From assembly GCA_017457005.1 (NCBI GenBank), contig JAFTII010000020.1, positions 117 through 64,116 on the forward strand: a DNA stretch of 64,000 nt, written 5' to 3'. Below the pieces are notes generated by a model. The model saw only the letters and a list, made by a program, of their open reading frames with translations. It made no database searches and was not told the origin of the DNA. This document shows, piece by piece, positions 62,939-64,000 of this stretch (its first letter is position 1; each line of letters begins with the position of its first letter). A program made the position numbers and the translations under genes. Origin of the DNA: Alphaproteobacteria bacterium (GTDB lineage: Bacteria; Pseudomonadota; Alphaproteobacteria; RF32; CAG-239).

Positions 62939-64000
62939 TTATGAATTATTGGGGTCAGTAGATGTACATACGTTTCCGTAAGAAACATTAGTTGCTGTAC
63001 TATCCCACTGAGAAGTTGGAGTAACTGCGGTATCAGCAAATATGCCACCATAATCACTTAGGTTAGAAGGTTTATTGGGAGACCCCTTGAGGTTATGATT
63101 ACTTCTAAACATTCCAGGAGCTTTAGTTAATGTTGATGGAAAATAAGATGTTTCTATTGTTCCTATAAGATCTGATATATTAGATGTCCCACCAGGTTGA
63201 AAAAACATTCCAGATGCATCAACCAGTCCATTGGGAAGAGTTGGTAAGGTTGCTAATTTTGTATTATAAAACATACATTTTCCGTTAGTTAATTTTGCTG
63301 GTAGTCCTGATATTGATGAAACTGTTGATTTGTAAAACATATTTACGGCCTCTGTTATTTTAGTGTTTTCTAATCCTTTTACATCTTCAAGAGAGCTTGT
63401 TGATTGAAACATTCTGTATGCTATCTCAAGAGATGCAGGAAGTGTTATTGTCTTTATTGTTGAACTAGCAAACATATCAGTACCGTTTATTAGAGTTGAT
63501 GGAAGATTAACAGTCTGGATGTTTGAACCTGCAAACATTTTTGTTCCATCTGTAACTTGTGTATTCTCAAATCCTGTTACTGTAAAGTTCGTTTTAAGAT
63601 TAGAAAACATCTGTATTGCAGATTTTAAGCTTGATGGCAATTTTGCTATTCCGCTGATACTAGATTTGGAAAACATATAATTACCTATTTCCAGTCCTTC
63701 CGGTAGTTTAGGAAAAGCAGAAGATAATTTTGAACAGCTGTTTAACATATTTGTTCCATCTTTTAAACTTATTGGTAGTGGAGGAACAATACCAACTGTA
63801 TTTGCATCACAAATGTTGCTCATCTTGGTAATTCCACTCTTATCAAGCTTTATTAAGTTTTTTGTAGTTCCTCCGCTATTTATTCCACCATAATAAGTAA
63901 AATCTCCACTTAAGGTAACAGTATAATCTCCAGCGTTTGTATAGCTGCAAGATACAGTACTTGTAGAATCTGTTCCTGCTGATGAAATAATTCCATTTCC
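62939..64000 (-). CDS. repeat surface protein (BspA/DUF285-like leucine-rich repeats), 5' partial
   Basis: Repeating ~22-aa units ending in MF (..LPSSL.....MF). I extended the frame by hand upstream of the listed Met and it stays open to the window end (...YTNAGDYTVTLSGDFTYYGG...). Confidence 0.65.
   Translation of the reverse strand, partial: GNGIISSAGTDSTSTVSCSYTNAGDYTVTLSGDFTYYGGINSGGTTKNLIKLDKSGITKMSNICDANTVGIVPPLPISLKDGTNMLNSCSKLSSAFPKLPEGLEIGNYMFSKSSISGIAKLPSSLKSAIQMFSNLKTNFTVTGFENTQVTDGTKMFAGSNIQTVNLPSTLINGTDMFASSTIKTITLPASLEIAYRMFQSTSSLEDVKGLENTKITEAVNMFYKSTVSSISGLPAKLTNGKCMFYNTKLATLPTLPNGLVDASGMFFQPGGTSNISDLIGTIETSYFPSTLTKAPGMFRSNHNLKGSPNKPSNLSDYGGIFADTAVTPTSQWDSTATNVSYGNVCTSTDPNNS

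Overview
AT-rich bacterial chromosomal window. It is most likely from an alphaproteobacterium, an inference from GcrA, a two-piece permuted tmRNA followed by an alpha-type SspB, rpoZ/spoT, and nuoN-birA-RNase J gene order. Recognisable housekeeping genes are alaS, map, radC, dut-thyA-folA, spoT, rpoZ, gcrA, rnj, birA, a MurD-like ligase and hisS. There are three tRNAs (Asp-GUC, Lys-UUU, Thr-CGU). Other large genes are a 1393-aa autotransporter, a large MscS-family channel and a 5'-partial repeat surface protein. Accessory or unusual content: (1) two tandem, paralogous, highly structured ~330-380 nt RNA-like units at 9.84-10.71 kb, each with its own promoter and terminator and with no credible ORF; (2) a MuF-domain/lysozyme-like protein convergent with a signal-peptide protein next to ssrA; (3) an orphan, degenerate nuoL/M/N-like trio; (4) a compact ~18 kb podovirus-like head-tail-lysis cluster (32.9-50.8 kb) with a CI/S24 repressor but no recognisable integrase or replication module, carrying a GroES-like gene, a GNAT and a membrane-protein moron cassette; (5) tRNA-Thr 3'-end repeats; (6) an Asd-like protein lacking the catalytic residues. 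No CRISPR array, rRNA, transposase or integrase was recognised. All protein calls rest on motif recognition by eye in the supplied ORF translations. No database search was run.
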